DNA of 64,000 bases from Vicinamibacteria bacterium (GTDB lineage Bacteria > Acidobacteriota > Vicinamibacteria > Marinacidobacterales > Marinacidobacteraceae). Where the stretch lies: positions 1,504,001-1,568,000 of the forward strand of contig OZ219816.1 of NCBI GenBank assembly GCA_964291235.2, in the 5' to 3' direction. Position numbers and translations under genes: made by a program. The stretch's first letter is position 1. Each line of letters opens with the position of its first letter. Below, in pieces: positions 17,129 to 27,378 of this stretch. Under the pieces are notes generated by a model. That model searched no databases and was not told where the DNA came from. It was given only the letters and a program-made list of their open reading frames with translations.

Positions 17129-19240
17129 ATGCCCCGTTCGCCGCTCACGCTCCGCCGCTTACGCCGCGTCGCCCTACGGGTGGTCGTCCCGTCCGGGGTA
17201 GCCATCGGCCTCGCCGCCGGTGGGATATCCGTCGCCGGCGCCCAGGAAACCGTCTCCATCGCCATCCAACCGGCCTCCCTCGTTCTCGAGGTGGGCGAGA
17301 CGGCACAGCTCTCGGCAACCGTGATGGACGCCGCCGGCAATCCCGTTCCGGATGCGCAGGTGGTGTTCTTCTCCGGAAACCGTCGCGCCCTCACCGTGAC
17401 CCCGGGAGGGCACGTTGCCGCCAACCAGCCGGGCGAGCACCAGGTCACTGCCCTGCTGCCCGACCAGGCGTTCGACGGGAACTGGGATTACTACAGTTCG
17501 CGCGACCCGGGCGTCCGCGCCTCCATCGGGGTGAGCGTGGCCGTTCCCGGGTTGGCGGAGATCTTCTTCGAGAACGCGCCGCCGCGGGTCTGGGAAGGCA
17601 CCCAGGTGCGGTTCCGCCTCGCGGGCCGCGATGCGGCGGGGCAGACCCGTCGCGGAATCGCGGCGGGGTACGCCACGAGCGACAACGACGTCGCCGTCGT
17701 GGACGAACTCGGGATGGTCTCCTTCCTCACGACCGGGTCGGTCCAGGTTGCCGCCATGCACGGCGAAATGACGATCTACCACGAAGTTGAAGTTCTCACC
17801 AACCCGACCGCCCGGGTGGTGCTCGAAGCGCCCGACCGCACCGCGGTGCGTACCGGGGACGTGCTGCAGTTTCGGGCGGCGATCCTCGATCCGTCGGGGG
17901 CCGAGACCCAGGGACCGGGCATCCGGTTCGCGGTGGAGTCGCGGCCGGACCCGTTCCGGCCGGAGTCCCTGGGGGCCGGCGCACCGGCGCAGGTCACTCC
18001 CGACGGGAGATTTGTCGCCGAGCAGCCGGGGCTCTACACCGTGGTCGCGATGAGCGGAGACCGGCTGGCGCGCCAGACCGTGCAGGTGAGCCCCCGCAAC
18101 GTACAGCGGGAGGTCGAGTTCCTCGGCCACGCCCGGGTCTCCGACCGGGTAACGGGAGATCTCTGGGTCTGGGAGGGCGTGGACGGCCGCGACTACGCGG
18201 TCCACGGCACCTGGAACGCCGAGGGCCACGCCTATTTCTACGACGTGACCGACCCGCGGAACATGGAACTCATCGACACCGTGCAGGTGGACGCACGCAC
18301 GGTGAACGATGTCAAGGTCTCCGAAGACGGGACCCTTTGCGTGATCAGCCGCGAGGGGGCGTCGAACCGGCGGAACGGGATCGTGATGATCGACTGCACG
18401 AATCCGCGCGACGTCGAGATCCTGAGTTCCTTCGACCAGGGGCTGACGGGCGGCGTGCACAACGTCTTCCTCGACAACAATCACGTGTACGCGGTGAACA
18501 ACGGCCGGCGGTGGGACGTGGTGAACGTGGAGGACCCCCGGAATCCCTTCCGTGTCTCACGCTTCGAGACGGACACCCCCGGACGGTCCGTGCACGACGT
18601 CTGGATCCGGGACGGGATCGCCTACCAGGCGGGGCGCAGCGACGGCCTCATCATGGTGGACGTGGGGGGAGGCGGCCTCGGCGGCAGCCCCAACACACCC
18701 GTTGAAATGGGACGTTTTCCGCAGATCACCGGCTGGAACCACGCGGTGTGGCCCTTCCGGAGCCCCTCGACCGGCAAGCTCTACGTGATCGGGGGCGACG
18801 AGGCGTTCTACCTGAATCCGCGCCGTCCGGACGCCGGCGGCATCCTCTGGGAAGAAGAGATTCCTTCGCGCGCCAAGGGCTGGCTGCACTTCGTGGACTT
18901 CACGGACCCGGACAACCCCGAGGAGGTCGCGCGATTTGAACTCGCCGACTCGGGACCCCATAACCTCTGGATCGACTGGGAAGAGGAGATCATGTACGTG
19001 GGCTACTACGACGCCGGGCTCCGAGTGGTGGACGTCTCGGGAGATCTGCTCGGCGACCTCTACCGGCAGGGGCGGCAGATCGCCCGCTTCTTCCCCGAGG
19101 ACAACGAGGGCTTCCTCGCCAACGCGGCGTTCACCTGGGGGCCGCAGCCGCACAAGGGGACCATCTTCCTCGCCGACTTCAACAGCGGCCTCTGGGCCGT
19201 CCGGCTCAAGGAGTCGGAGGCGGATGCGGGCGGTAACTGA
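17129..19240 (+). CDS. Exported Ig-like domain and LVIVD-repeat beta-propeller protein
   Basis: Ig-like GETAQLSATV; repeats YDVTDP, VNVEDP, VDFTDP, GLRVVDVS; His motifs VHN/VHD/NHA/PHN. Confidence 0.8.
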   Translation: MPRSPLTLRRLRRVALRVVVPSGVAIGLAAGGISVAGAQETVSIAIQPASLVLEVGETAQLSATVMDAAGNPVPDAQVVFFSGNRRALTVTPGGHVAANQPGEHQVTALLPDQAFDGNWDYYSSRDPGVRASIGVSVAVPGLAEIFFENAPPRVWEGTQVRFRLAGRDAAGQTRRGIAAGYATSDNDVAVVDELGMVSFLTTGSVQVAAMHGEMTIYHEVEVLTNPTARVVLEAPDRTAVRTGDVLQFRAAILDPSGAETQGPGIRFAVESRPDPFRPESLGAGAPAQVTPDGRFVAEQPGLYTVVAMSGDRLARQTVQVSPRNVQREVEFLGHARVSDRVTGDLWVWEGVDGRDYAVHGTWNAEGHAYFYDVTDPRNMELIDTVQVDARTVNDVKVSEDGTLCVISREGASNRRNGIVMIDCTNPRDVEILSSFDQGLTGGVHNVFLDNNHVYAVNNGRRWDVVNVEDPRNPFRVSRFETDTPGRSVHDVWIRDGIAYQAGRSDGLIMVDVGGGGLGGSPNTPVEMGRFPQITGWNHAVWPFRSPSTGKLYVIGGDEAFYLNPRRPDAGGILWEEEIPSRAKGWLHFVDFTDPDNPEEVARFELADSGPHNLWIDWEEEIMYVGYYDAGLRVVDVSGDLLGDLYRQGRQIARFFPEDNEGFLANAAFTWGPQPHKGTIFLADFNSGLWAVRLKESEADAGGN

Positions 19241-19430
19241 CAGCCCGTGGTGAAGACATCCCGCACCGGCCTCCGGACGTCGCGCACGCCGGATCTGCGG
19301 GTTCGTGCGGGTGCGGGGCGTCTTCCCCGCGGGCAGGCGGCGCAGATCGCTCCGCGATGCACTCCCCCATGTCGCGCGGGGAGGGGATACTCCTCCCCAC
19401 ACCCCACCCTGCGGCGCTGCGCGCCGCGAT
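19241..19430. mobile_element. Truncated IS5-like MITE copy
   Basis: Begins CAGCCCGTGGTGAA immediately after CTGA (stop codon); aligns in reverse with 55290-55479. Confidence 0.7.
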
Positions 19431-19475
19431 TCGCCGCGCACCAGGTGTCGCCACGCAAGGCCAGGCCCGATACCC

Positions 19476-19670
19476 ATGGATGAAACCGCGCGCGGACCCC
19501 GGGGCTTCCTCTACCGCCGGCTCCAGACCCTCCGGTTCTTTCTGGCGTCGTTCCGCTTCATCTTCTTCTTCCTCACCAAGGGCCGGGAGGTCCGGCGCCG
19601 CTACGCCGAGGCCGAGCGCTGTGGAGAGAAGCTCTGGCTGGATCACGGCCCCTTCCGCGAGACCAACTGA
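19476..19670 (+). CDS. Small (64 aa) Phe/Arg-rich hypothetical protein
   Basis: MDETARG...FFLASFRFIFFFLTK...; stop is 1 nt before the next ATG. Confidence 0.6.
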   Translation: MDETARGPRGFLYRRLQTLRFFLASFRFIFFFLTKGREVRRRYAEAERCGEKLWLDHGPFRETN

Positions 19671-19671
19671 A

Positions 19672-20685
19672 ATGACGGCTCCCAAGTGGAAGCTCCGGGA
19701 CGTTCCTCCCGCCGAGTATGCCTTCGGATACCGGGCTCCGCCGCGCTCGGGGAACGAGATCAACGGCCACGGGGAACGCGCGCCGCGCCCCGCCACCCAG
19801 GTGTTCCACAACGCCGATTCGACGAAGCCGCTCGACTGGCAGGGGCTCGACGATTTCTTCATGTGCGTGAACCCGTGGCAGGTTGTGAAACACCGCCTGG
19901 TCAACAAGTTCGAGCTGCGGAAGGAACGGGGGCCGGTCGCCCCGCAGGTGATGGACGAGGGCCCCGACAAGAACGCCGCGTTCGTGAAGGCCGCCGCTCG
20001 CGAGGCGGGGGCGAGCCTCGTCGGGATCGCCGAAATCCAGGAAACGGACGTGTTCGAGGGACGGCGGGCGCCGTACCGCTACGCGATCTGCCTGGGGCTC
20101 CCCATGCGCCGGGAGGAGATGGCCTACGCGGCGCGTCCCCGGGGAGCCGCCGAGGTAATGCGGGCCTACCGCCGGATCGGACGCATCGCCATGAGCCTGG
20201 GGAAGACGATCCGGCGCCGGGGATTCCCCGCCAAGGCCTATGGAGACCCGAACGCCACCGACATCCTCCACATCCCGCTGGCCATCCGCGCGGGACTCGG
20301 CCAGCTCGGCAAGCACGGCTCCATGATCAGCCGCGAACACGGCTCCAACTTCCGGCTCGCCGCGGTGTTGACGGACATGCCGCTCGTGCTGGACGCGCCG
20401 CAGGACATCGGGGTGGACGATGTCTGCACGCACTGCCGCCGCTGCGTGATCGACTGCCCGCCCGACGCGATCCACGAGGAAAAGCAGTGGGTGCGCGGGG
20501 AGCAGCGCTGGTACGTGGACTTCGACAAGTGCGTCCCCTACTTCACCAAGACCTTCGGCTGCGCCATCTGCATTCAGGTCTGCCCCTGGTCGGAACCCGG
20601 ACAGGGCGCAAAGCTCAGCGAAATGATGCTGGCGAAGCGCGAACGGAAACGGCCCCAATCACCCACTACCGAGGACACGACATGA
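19672..20685 (+). CDS. Reductive dehalogenase-like cobalamin / 2x[4Fe-4S] protein
   Basis: AGLGQLGKHG.MI..EHG..FRL..VLTDMPL motif; CX2CX2CX3CP and CX9CX2CX3CP; no Tat signal. Confidence 0.82.
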   Translation: MTAPKWKLRDVPPAEYAFGYRAPPRSGNEINGHGERAPRPATQVFHNADSTKPLDWQGLDDFFMCVNPWQVVKHRLVNKFELRKERGPVAPQVMDEGPDKNAAFVKAAAREAGASLVGIAEIQETDVFEGRRAPYRYAICLGLPMRREEMAYAARPRGAAEVMRAYRRIGRIAMSLGKTIRRRGFPAKAYGDPNATDILHIPLAIRAGLGQLGKHGSMISREHGSNFRLAAVLTDMPLVLDAPQDIGVDDVCTHCRRCVIDCPPDAIHEEKQWVRGEQRWYVDFDKCVPYFTKTFGCAICIQVCPWSEPGQGAKLSEMMLAKRERKRPQSPTTEDTT

Positions 20686-22271
20686 CGCGGAACAGGTTTC
20701 AGAAACATTCCCTCGCCGGGCGGCGACTCCTGCCGGTGACGCTGCTGGCCGCCGCTTCCGCCGCGGTCCTCTCCGCGTGCGCCGCTCCGCCACCCGAACC
20801 CGGCCTCCGCTTCGCAGTGGCGCGCTTTCAGCACGAGACCTGCACCTTCTGTCCCGGCGGCGACACCGAGGTCGAGGACTGGCTCCGTGTCAGCGAGCCC
20901 GTTTCGGGCGAAGAATTGCTCGGTGCCGGCGGCTACGTGGGCGGCTTCGTCCAGCGCGCCCGCGAGTTCGGCGACGTGGAACTCGTGCCCCTGAGTTCGC
21001 CGGTGGGCGTGTTCGGCGGCTCGTCCCGTAGTTGGAACACCAAGGAGACCTTCGACCACTTCCTGGACGCGATGGTCGCCGAGTTGGAGGCGCTACCGCC
21101 GGTGGACGGGGTGTATCTAGCGCTCCACGGGGCCATGGCCGTCCGGGACGTCCCGCGTCCCGAGGCCGAAATCGCCCGCCGCTTCCGGGAACTCGTCGGC
21201 CCCGACGTTCCCATCGCCGGCACCTTCGACCTGCACGGTAACGAGGACGCCGAATTCCTCGAGCACGCGAACTTCGCCTTCGTGACCAAGCGCTTCCCCC
21301 ACTACGACTCCTACATCCAGGGCGAGCGCGCGGCGCGCGCCCTGCGGATTACCGCCCGCGGCGAGTACGCACCCACCACCGCAACCCGCAAGCCCGGGGT
21401 CATCACCGCCACCGTGCTGCAGTGGACCGGCCAGTCCCCCGCGATGGACATCATGGAGCGGGCGCGACGCTGGGAGGCGCGCGAGGAGGACGCCTACGTG
21501 AGCGTCTTCTACGGCTATCCCTGGTCGGACGTTCCCGACGTGGGCGCCACCGTCCATGTGATGACCAATGGCGACCAGGAACTCGCGGACCGGATCGCCG
21601 ACGACATGGACGACTTCATCTGGCGCGTCCGGGAGGATTTCGCGCTTGGCAGTTATCCCGCCCCGGAGGAGGCGGCGCGGATTGTCGCGGCGGCGATCGC
21701 CGAAGGTGAGACGCCCGTAGCGGTGGGCGACCACAGCGACCGGCCCGGCGACGCGACGCACATCCTGAATGCGTTCACAGCGGCGGGGATCGGCAAGACC
21801 CTGTACGGCACGATCTCTTCGCCCGCCACGTTGGACGCTCTCGCGGCCGAGGACGTCCAGCCGGGCGATCCGTTCGACTACGAAATCGGGGGCTTCACCC
21901 CGTCCGGCGGCTCACCCCGGAGGATCACCGGCACGCTCGAGTACTTCGACGAAGGCTTCGGTTACGAACGGATCGCCATCGTCTCCTTCGGTGACGGCAA
22001 TGTCGCCTTCCTCGTTCCCGCCTACGAGCAGGTGCTCTATCCGGAGGCGTTCCGCATCGGGCCGATCAACCCCGAGGACTACGAGGTCTTCGTGGTGAAG
22101 TCGCGGGTGCACTTCCGGCGCGGGTTCGACGAGACCGGCTATGCCCGCACCATCCAGATCGTGGAAGCGCCCGAACCGTTCGTGGGGACCACCTTTCTGG
22201 ACGCGCTGCCCTACGAGAACGTGGACCTGAGTGAGTTCTTCCCCTACGGGACGCCCCCGAAGCGGCGCTGA
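20682..22271 (+). CDS. M81 family metallopeptidase (MlrC-like) lipoprotein
   Basis: HETCTF, LALHGAM, DLHGN, FPHYD, VVKSRVHFR motifs; lipobox LSAC. Confidence 0.9.
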   Translation: MTRNRFQKHSLAGRRLLPVTLLAAASAAVLSACAAPPPEPGLRFAVARFQHETCTFCPGGDTEVEDWLRVSEPVSGEELLGAGGYVGGFVQRAREFGDVELVPLSSPVGVFGGSSRSWNTKETFDHFLDAMVAELEALPPVDGVYLALHGAMAVRDVPRPEAEIARRFRELVGPDVPIAGTFDLHGNEDAEFLEHANFAFVTKRFPHYDSYIQGERAARALRITARGEYAPTTATRKPGVITATVLQWTGQSPAMDIMERARRWEAREEDAYVSVFYGYPWSDVPDVGATVHVMTNGDQELADRIADDMDDFIWRVREDFALGSYPAPEEAARIVAAAIAEGETPVAVGDHSDRPGDATHILNAFTAAGIGKTLYGTISSPATLDALAAEDVQPGDPFDYEIGGFTPSGGSPRRITGTLEYFDEGFGYERIAIVSFGDGNVAFLVPAYEQVLYPEAFRIGPINPEDYEVFVVKSRVHFRRGFDETGYARTIQIVEAPEPFVGTTFLDALPYENVDLSEFFPYGTPPKRR

Positions 22272-22303
22272 CGCGACGCCGCGGAGGTGGGTAGCGCTCG
22301 GAC

Positions 22304-22972
22304 CTACGGAAGCACCAGCGGCCCGAGGAACCCGCCCCAGACCCCCAGACCCGTCCCGATCCCGACCCCGGTCGCCGTCACGGCGATCCACCGGTGCTGC
22401 CGCGGGAAGTACTTCCAGAGGAAGATGCCGGCCCACACCAGGGAAACGACGCCGGGCAGAGCCCACAGGGCCAGCGGGATTCCCGTGATCCGCTCCAGCC
22501 AGCATTCATCACATCCGGCCTGAATCCTGAGTCCGAAGACCGGAAGCACCAAAACCCCGAGCGCGGCCGTGATCCGCAGGTTCGAGAGGTAGCCCATCGC
22601 CACCAGCAGCGGGTGGGCCTTCCACCTCGCGCACAGGTAGCAGCACGCGAAAACCACCACGTAGGTGGCCACGAGTCCCATCGCGAGGGAGAGCGCCACG
22701 CCCCAGACGGGAGCGATCTCGGCGGCGCCGGCCAGGTCCCCCTCCCTCACCGCACGGAGGAAGTCACTCATGCCGGCAAACCCCGCCGAGCCGTAGTGAA
22801 GGGCGGCCCCCGGCAGGCCCAACGACCAGAGGACCAGAAAATGACCGAACTCGTGAAAGAGGGCCGCGGGTGGCGTGGAAACCGCTGCGCAGAACCACCA
22901 GCGCAGCGCAACCCAGGTGCGCGAAGGAGGGGTCGTCGCGGCTCCCGGAGCGCTCCCGCTGTCGGTTGCCAT
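22304..22972 (-). CDS. Membrane protein with HExxH motif (M50-like metalloprotease)
   Basis: LFHEFGHF in a hydrophobic segment, about 5 TM helices. Confidence 0.6.
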   Translation of the reverse strand: MATDSGSAPGAATTPPSRTWVALRWWFCAAVSTPPAALFHEFGHFLVLWSLGLPGAALHYGSAGFAGMSDFLRAVREGDLAGAAEIAPVWGVALSLAMGLVATYVVVFACCYLCARWKAHPLLVAMGYLSNLRITAALGVLVLPVFGLRIQAGCDECWLERITGIPLALWALPGVVSLVWAGIFLWKYFPRQHRWIAVTATGVGIGTGLGVWGGFLGPLVLP

Positions 22973-23008
22973 GGGACTCCTCAGCCCACCGGGAATCCCG
23001 GCGGCGGC

Positions 23009-24232
23009 CTACTCCGGCTCGTTCAGCCGGTTGTACTGCCGGAGGATGTCACGGAGCCGGTCGTGCGGTAACCCGTAGATCTTGCGGCCGTTCACGCCGA
23101 CCATGTCCCGTCCTGCAACCACAGCGTTGATGATCGCTTCCTCGGTAGCCTGCACCACCCCCTCGAAGAGGGGATTGATGTTGTTGTTGGCGAGGTTCTC
23201 GAGTGGAGCGACGCCGCTCCCGTTGTGCGCGGCCTCCTCGTTCGCGGTCGAGAAGGCGATGAAGATGTCCCCCGAGCCGTTCGAGGAGATGCTGCCCACC
23301 CGCCCGAGGGCGAGCGAAGTCCGGCGGATGAACCGGTTGAGCTGGTGCGGCAGCAGCGGGGCGTCGGTCGCCGCCACGATGATGATCGAGCCGTCGCGCC
23401 CGTAAGCGACGTCTTCGTCCTGGCCCGGCGGGGCGTCGAAGGGGCCCCGCTCCGGCGTCAGCTCCGGGATCTCGCGGCCCACCGGAACGCCGGCGACCGT
23501 CATGAGATTCCGGCTCCCGAAGTTGGACTGGACGAGGACCCCAACCACGTAGTCGTTTCCGCCGGCTTCCACGATCCGTGAGGACGTGCCGATCCCGGCC
23601 TTGAAGCCGAAAGTGCGCATCCCGGTGCCGCCTCCCACCGAGCCTTCCGCCACCGGGCCCGCGCGCGCCGAGTCGAGCGCGGCGAAGACGTGTTCCTCGC
23701 GCACATGGAAGCCGTTGATGTCGTTCAGGAAGCCGTCCCAGGTCTCGGCGACAACCGGCAGGCTCCAGTCGGGCGCGTCGAGGTTCTGCTGCGCCCAGGC
23801 GATCGTGGCCTCGTGGACGGCGCCCACGCTGTGGGTGTTCGTGATCATCACCGCGCCCTCGAGGATGCCCCGGTCGCGAAGCCAGGTGGTGCCGGTCATT
23901 TCGCCGTTCCCGTTGAGCGTGAACCAGGCGGCGAAGACCCTGCCCCGACTGGCCCGGCCCCGGGGCAACACCGCGGTAACCCCGGTCCGTACGGGTCCCT
24001 CGCCGACCACGAGTTCCCCCTCGCCGCGGATGATCGTGTGGTGACCCACTTCGATCCCGGCGACGTCGGTAATGGCGTTCAGGGCCCCCGGCGTACCTTC
24101 GAAGGGCACTCCCAGATCCCGGGCCCGGGGGCCGTCCTGGCCGGCAGCCGGCGCCCCCAGCGCGAACAGAGTCGGCAGAACCAGGGCTGCGGCAGCGCGG
24201 GTCCACCGCGAGGCGTGTGTCCGGGTATTCAT
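23009..24232 (-). CDS. dmpA: P1/S58 family peptidase (DmpA-like aminopeptidase)
   Basis: NAITDVAGIEVGH, RTGVT, PVVAETWDG.LND, GS autoproteolysis site in DGSIII, NGSGD. Confidence 0.9.
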   Translation of the reverse strand: MNTRTHASRWTRAAAALVLPTLFALGAPAAGQDGPRARDLGVPFEGTPGALNAITDVAGIEVGHHTIIRGEGELVVGEGPVRTGVTAVLPRGRASRGRVFAAWFTLNGNGEMTGTTWLRDRGILEGAVMITNTHSVGAVHEATIAWAQQNLDAPDWSLPVVAETWDGFLNDINGFHVREEHVFAALDSARAGPVAEGSVGGGTGMRTFGFKAGIGTSSRIVEAGGNDYVVGVLVQSNFGSRNLMTVAGVPVGREIPELTPERGPFDAPPGQDEDVAYGRDGSIIIVAATDAPLLPHQLNRFIRRTSLALGRVGSISSNGSGDIFIAFSTANEEAAHNGSGVAPLENLANNNINPLFEGVVQATEEAIINAVVAGRDMVGVNGRKIYGLPHDRLRDILRQYNRLNEPE

Positions 24233-24249
24233 GAGAGGCCCTCCTGGAA

Positions 24250-25341
24250 TCAGGGGATCGTCTCAAACAACGAGCGCGGGGCGCCGGGAGCCCGGGGCGG
24301 ACGAAACAGGTCCAGGCGGAACGGAGGATGCTTGCGGTCGAGCCCGAACCGCCGGGAGGCCACCCGGAACCGGTTGGCGAGCAACTCGGCGTAGGGCCCC
24401 TTCCCCCGCATGCGGTCTCCGAACTTCGCCTCGTTGAGCGCTCCCCCGCGGGTGTCGCGGATGAGGCTCTCGACGTGGGCGGCGCGCGTTGGAACGTGGG
24501 TCTCCAGCCACTCCGAAAAGAGTTCCTTCAACTCGTGAGGCAGCCGCACCAGGATGAACCCGGCGGAACTCGCTCCCGCTTCCGCGGCGGCCTCGAGGAT
24601 GGCCTCGAGTTCCGAGTCATTGAGCCCCGGGATCATCGGGGATGCCAGGACACCCACTGGAATCCCCGCCTCCTTGAGTGCAGCGATCGTGGAGACCCGG
24701 CGCGCCGGCGCCGCTGCCCGCGGTTCCATGGCCCTCGCGAGATCGCGGCGGAGCGTGGTCACCGAGACCATCACCTGCGCAAGACCCTCCTCCGCCATCG
24801 GAACGATGACGTCGAGGTCGCGCAGGATCAGCGCCGATTTCGTGACGATGCCGGTCGGATGGCGCGCCTCGCGGAGCACCTCGAGAATCTGCCGGGTGAT
24901 GCCCAGATCCCGCTCGACCGGCTGGTAGGGATCCGTATTCGAGCCGAGCGCCAGCGGACCCACGGAGTAACCCGACTTGCGGAGTTCCCGGCGCAGCAGG
25001 TTCGCGGCCTCCGGCTTCGCCACGATCTTCGTCTCGAAATCGAGGCCGGGGGAATACCCCAGGTACGCATGACTCGGCCGGGCGAAGCAGTAGATGCAGC
25101 CGTGTTCGCAGCCGCGATACGGGTTGATCGAACGGTCGAAGGGGATGTCTGGCGAGTCGTTCCGGGCGATGATGCTCTTCGTCCGGTCGATGATGACCTC
25201 GGTCGGCACACGTTCCGGCGGCGGATCGCGCGCATCCCAGCCGTCGTCGAACGCCTCCTCGCGGAGCGCCTCGAACCGGCCGGCGGGGTTGGATACCGCT
25301 CCCCGGCCGCGGAGGGGTCTCCCCCCGCCTCCGGGGTCCAC
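24250..25341 (-). CDS. PA0069/Rv2578c family radical SAM protein (SplB-like)
   Basis: RGRGA.SN..GRFE, SINPYRGCEHGCIYCFARP, NTDPYQP. Confidence 0.92.
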   Translation of the reverse strand: MDPGGGGRPLRGRGAVSNPAGRFEALREEAFDDGWDARDPPPERVPTEVIIDRTKSIIARNDSPDIPFDRSINPYRGCEHGCIYCFARPSHAYLGYSPGLDFETKIVAKPEAANLLRRELRKSGYSVGPLALGSNTDPYQPVERDLGITRQILEVLREARHPTGIVTKSALILRDLDVIVPMAEEGLAQVMVSVTTLRRDLARAMEPRAAAPARRVSTIAALKEAGIPVGVLASPMIPGLNDSELEAILEAAAEAGASSAGFILVRLPHELKELFSEWLETHVPTRAAHVESLIRDTRGGALNEAKFGDRMRGKGPYAELLANRFRVASRRFGLDRKHPPFRLDLFRPPRAPGAPRSLFETIP

Positions 25342-25348
25342 CGTCGCG

Positions 25349-26230
25349 CTATTCCGGCTGGAGGGCGTCGAGCGCGCCCGCGAGGGCGGCCTCGATCTCC
25401 GCGGCGTCACCTGAGGTGCGGACCAGTTGTCCCCCGCTGATCTCGGCCAGGTAGATCAATGCCCAGAAGGGATCCACACTTCTCAAACCCCGCATATCGC
25501 GGCCCGCATCCTGCAGATGACGGCCCTCGAACGTGATCTGGTTCGCCAGATCGTCGGCGCTGATGCTCCCGTAGGTCCCACCGACCCGGCCGGAGCGGGT
25601 CAGGTTCGGGGGAGCGGTTACCGCGAGCAACGTCGGCGGGACCCCCGCGGCCGCAAAGAGCGGCCACGAGTCGCGAGCCCAACTGGCGCCGTCCACGCCA
25701 TCCGTGAAGACGACCAGCACCGGGCGTCCGGGCCGGTCCGCGAGGAGACCGAGTGCCAGGGTGAGCGCGTTGTTGAACGCCGCCGGACCGCCGCTGCGCA
25801 ACTCCGCGGCCGCGGCCGCGGCATCGGCGCACGTTCCGTCCCAGCCGGCGTGGAGTTCCACCGAGCGGGTGAACCCGAGAAGCGCACAACGATCCTCGTC
25901 ATCGAGCGTGGAGAAGAGAGACTGGACCCCGGCGACCGCGGCGCGTAGCCGCGCTCCCGAAACGCTGGAACTCAGGTCGAACACCGCGACCACCGAAAGC
26001 GGTTCCCGCCCGGTCCAGACCGGCCGGGGCAGGTCCTCGCGCCGACGCCGCAAGAGGTCAAGACCCGCACCTCCGACTCCCGGAGCCGAGGGGGCCTCGG
26101 GATGGGCCTGAATCCGAACGGCGGCGGCCGACTCCCGCGCACGGGCCTCGCCGGAGGATTCGGCGGCGGCGCCAGAGGGAAGGAGAGCCGGGAAGGCAAT
26201 CGCCAGAACCATCGCCGCGGGCACTCTCAT
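25349..26230 (-). CDS. Exported vWA domain protein
   Basis: Signal peptide; MIDAS DLSSS and FTDG; LAEISGG. Confidence 0.8.
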   Translation of the reverse strand: MRVPAAMVLAIAFPALLPSGAAAESSGEARARESAAAVRIQAHPEAPSAPGVGGAGLDLLRRRREDLPRPVWTGREPLSVVAVFDLSSSVSGARLRAAVAGVQSLFSTLDDEDRCALLGFTRSVELHAGWDGTCADAAAAAAELRSGGPAAFNNALTLALGLLADRPGRPVLVVFTDGVDGASWARDSWPLFAAAGVPPTLLAVTAPPNLTRSGRVGGTYGSISADDLANQITFEGRHLQDAGRDMRGLRSVDPFWALIYLAEISGGQLVRTSGDAAEIEAALAGALDALQPE

Positions 26231-27231
26231 CGTTCGCTTGCTCCCTCGGCGGGGTCTCGCACCTCGTCCTTCATCGCCTGAAACATCCCCGGGTACTCGA
26301 GAGCCTGACCGAGCCAGTAGCGCCATTCGGGTTCCCATCCCGTCGGCGCCCGGGCAAGGAGCGCCCCGGCGGCTTCGGCCGCGCCTTCGGTGTCACCCTG
26401 GCTGAGGCGCGCCGCCACGAGGCCGGAGACCGCCGCCGGCGAGCGGCGCGAGCGCCGGACGGCTTCGGCGAAGGCGGTCTCGGCGGCGGCGAAGTCTCCG
26501 GCCCCGAGCGCGATCTCTCCACGAATGAGCTGCAGCGCCAGTCGAGGTCCCGACCGGAGGCGGGCGTCGCCGAGCTGGTCGAGAACGAAGACGGCGTCCT
26601 CCGGCCGCCCGAGATCGAGAAGTACGGCGGCGAAGCGGATCCGGAGATCAGGATCGTCCGGAGACTCCTCCAGAAGTTTCTGGAGCATGACTCCAGCCCG
26701 CGACAGGTACGTCGGCTCCTCGCGTTGTCTTCCGAACATCCAAAGCGCCGCGGCGAACGCCCGCTCGACGTCTCGGTCATCCGGCATGTCCTCCATGGCG
26801 TTCTCGAAGGCTGCGACCCCGGGGCCGACCGAAAGCTGCACCTGGTAGGAAAAGCAAAGCGCCAGCCACCAGCGGCGGATCCAGTCGCCGCGGTCCTCCG
26901 GGTCCGGAATCGCCTTGAGCAGACTCCGTGCGAGCTGCAGATGGGTCTCGGAGTGCCCGTGGCCGGCCGCTTCCGTGTGGAGGAGCGCCGCGGTCTTCAA
27001 CTCCCGGGCGTCGGGCTCGGAGGCAATGAGGGCGCCGACCACCCGCTCCACGGAATCCGGATCGAACCCGGCCAGCACGCGGCCGGAAGTGATGAACAGG
27101 CCGCCACGCACCTCGTTCAGCAGTTCCTGGTAGCCGGCCGCGTCCATCCGGCCCTGGGCCGGCGCCAGACCGGCGGTGCAAAGCACCACCGCAATGGCAC
27201 TCGCCCAGGCAGTCGCCGACATTCGCCGCAT
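26227..27231 (-). CDS. Exported tetratricopeptide-repeat-like protein
   Basis: Signal peptide; helical repeats GEIAL..GDFAAAETAF; 4-bp overlap with the vWA gene. Confidence 0.7.
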   Translation of the reverse strand: MRRMSATAWASAIAVVLCTAGLAPAQGRMDAAGYQELLNEVRGGLFITSGRVLAGFDPDSVERVVGALIASEPDARELKTAALLHTEAAGHGHSETHLQLARSLLKAIPDPEDRGDWIRRWWLALCFSYQVQLSVGPGVAAFENAMEDMPDDRDVERAFAAALWMFGRQREEPTYLSRAGVMLQKLLEESPDDPDLRIRFAAVLLDLGRPEDAVFVLDQLGDARLRSGPRLALQLIRGEIALGAGDFAAAETAFAEAVRRSRRSPAAVSGLVAARLSQGDTEGAAEAAGALLARAPTGWEPEWRYWLGQALEYPGMFQAMKDEVRDPAEGASER

Positions 27232-27378
27232 CGAAGTCTTCCGAGGGATCAATGTAGCAGGATACGTGCCAGGCAAGGGCTTTTTCCGGCCTCCTGGATT
27301 CGTCAGGAGCGCGGAGGTGGGAGAAGGCGTTACCGTTCCGCCGCCGCAACCCGGATCGGAAATCCAAAGGAGTTCCGC

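Noticed and set aside
19672-20685. Epoxyqueuosine reductase QueG
   Set aside because: Second Cys cluster spacing is short and the CISYLTIE-type motif is absent
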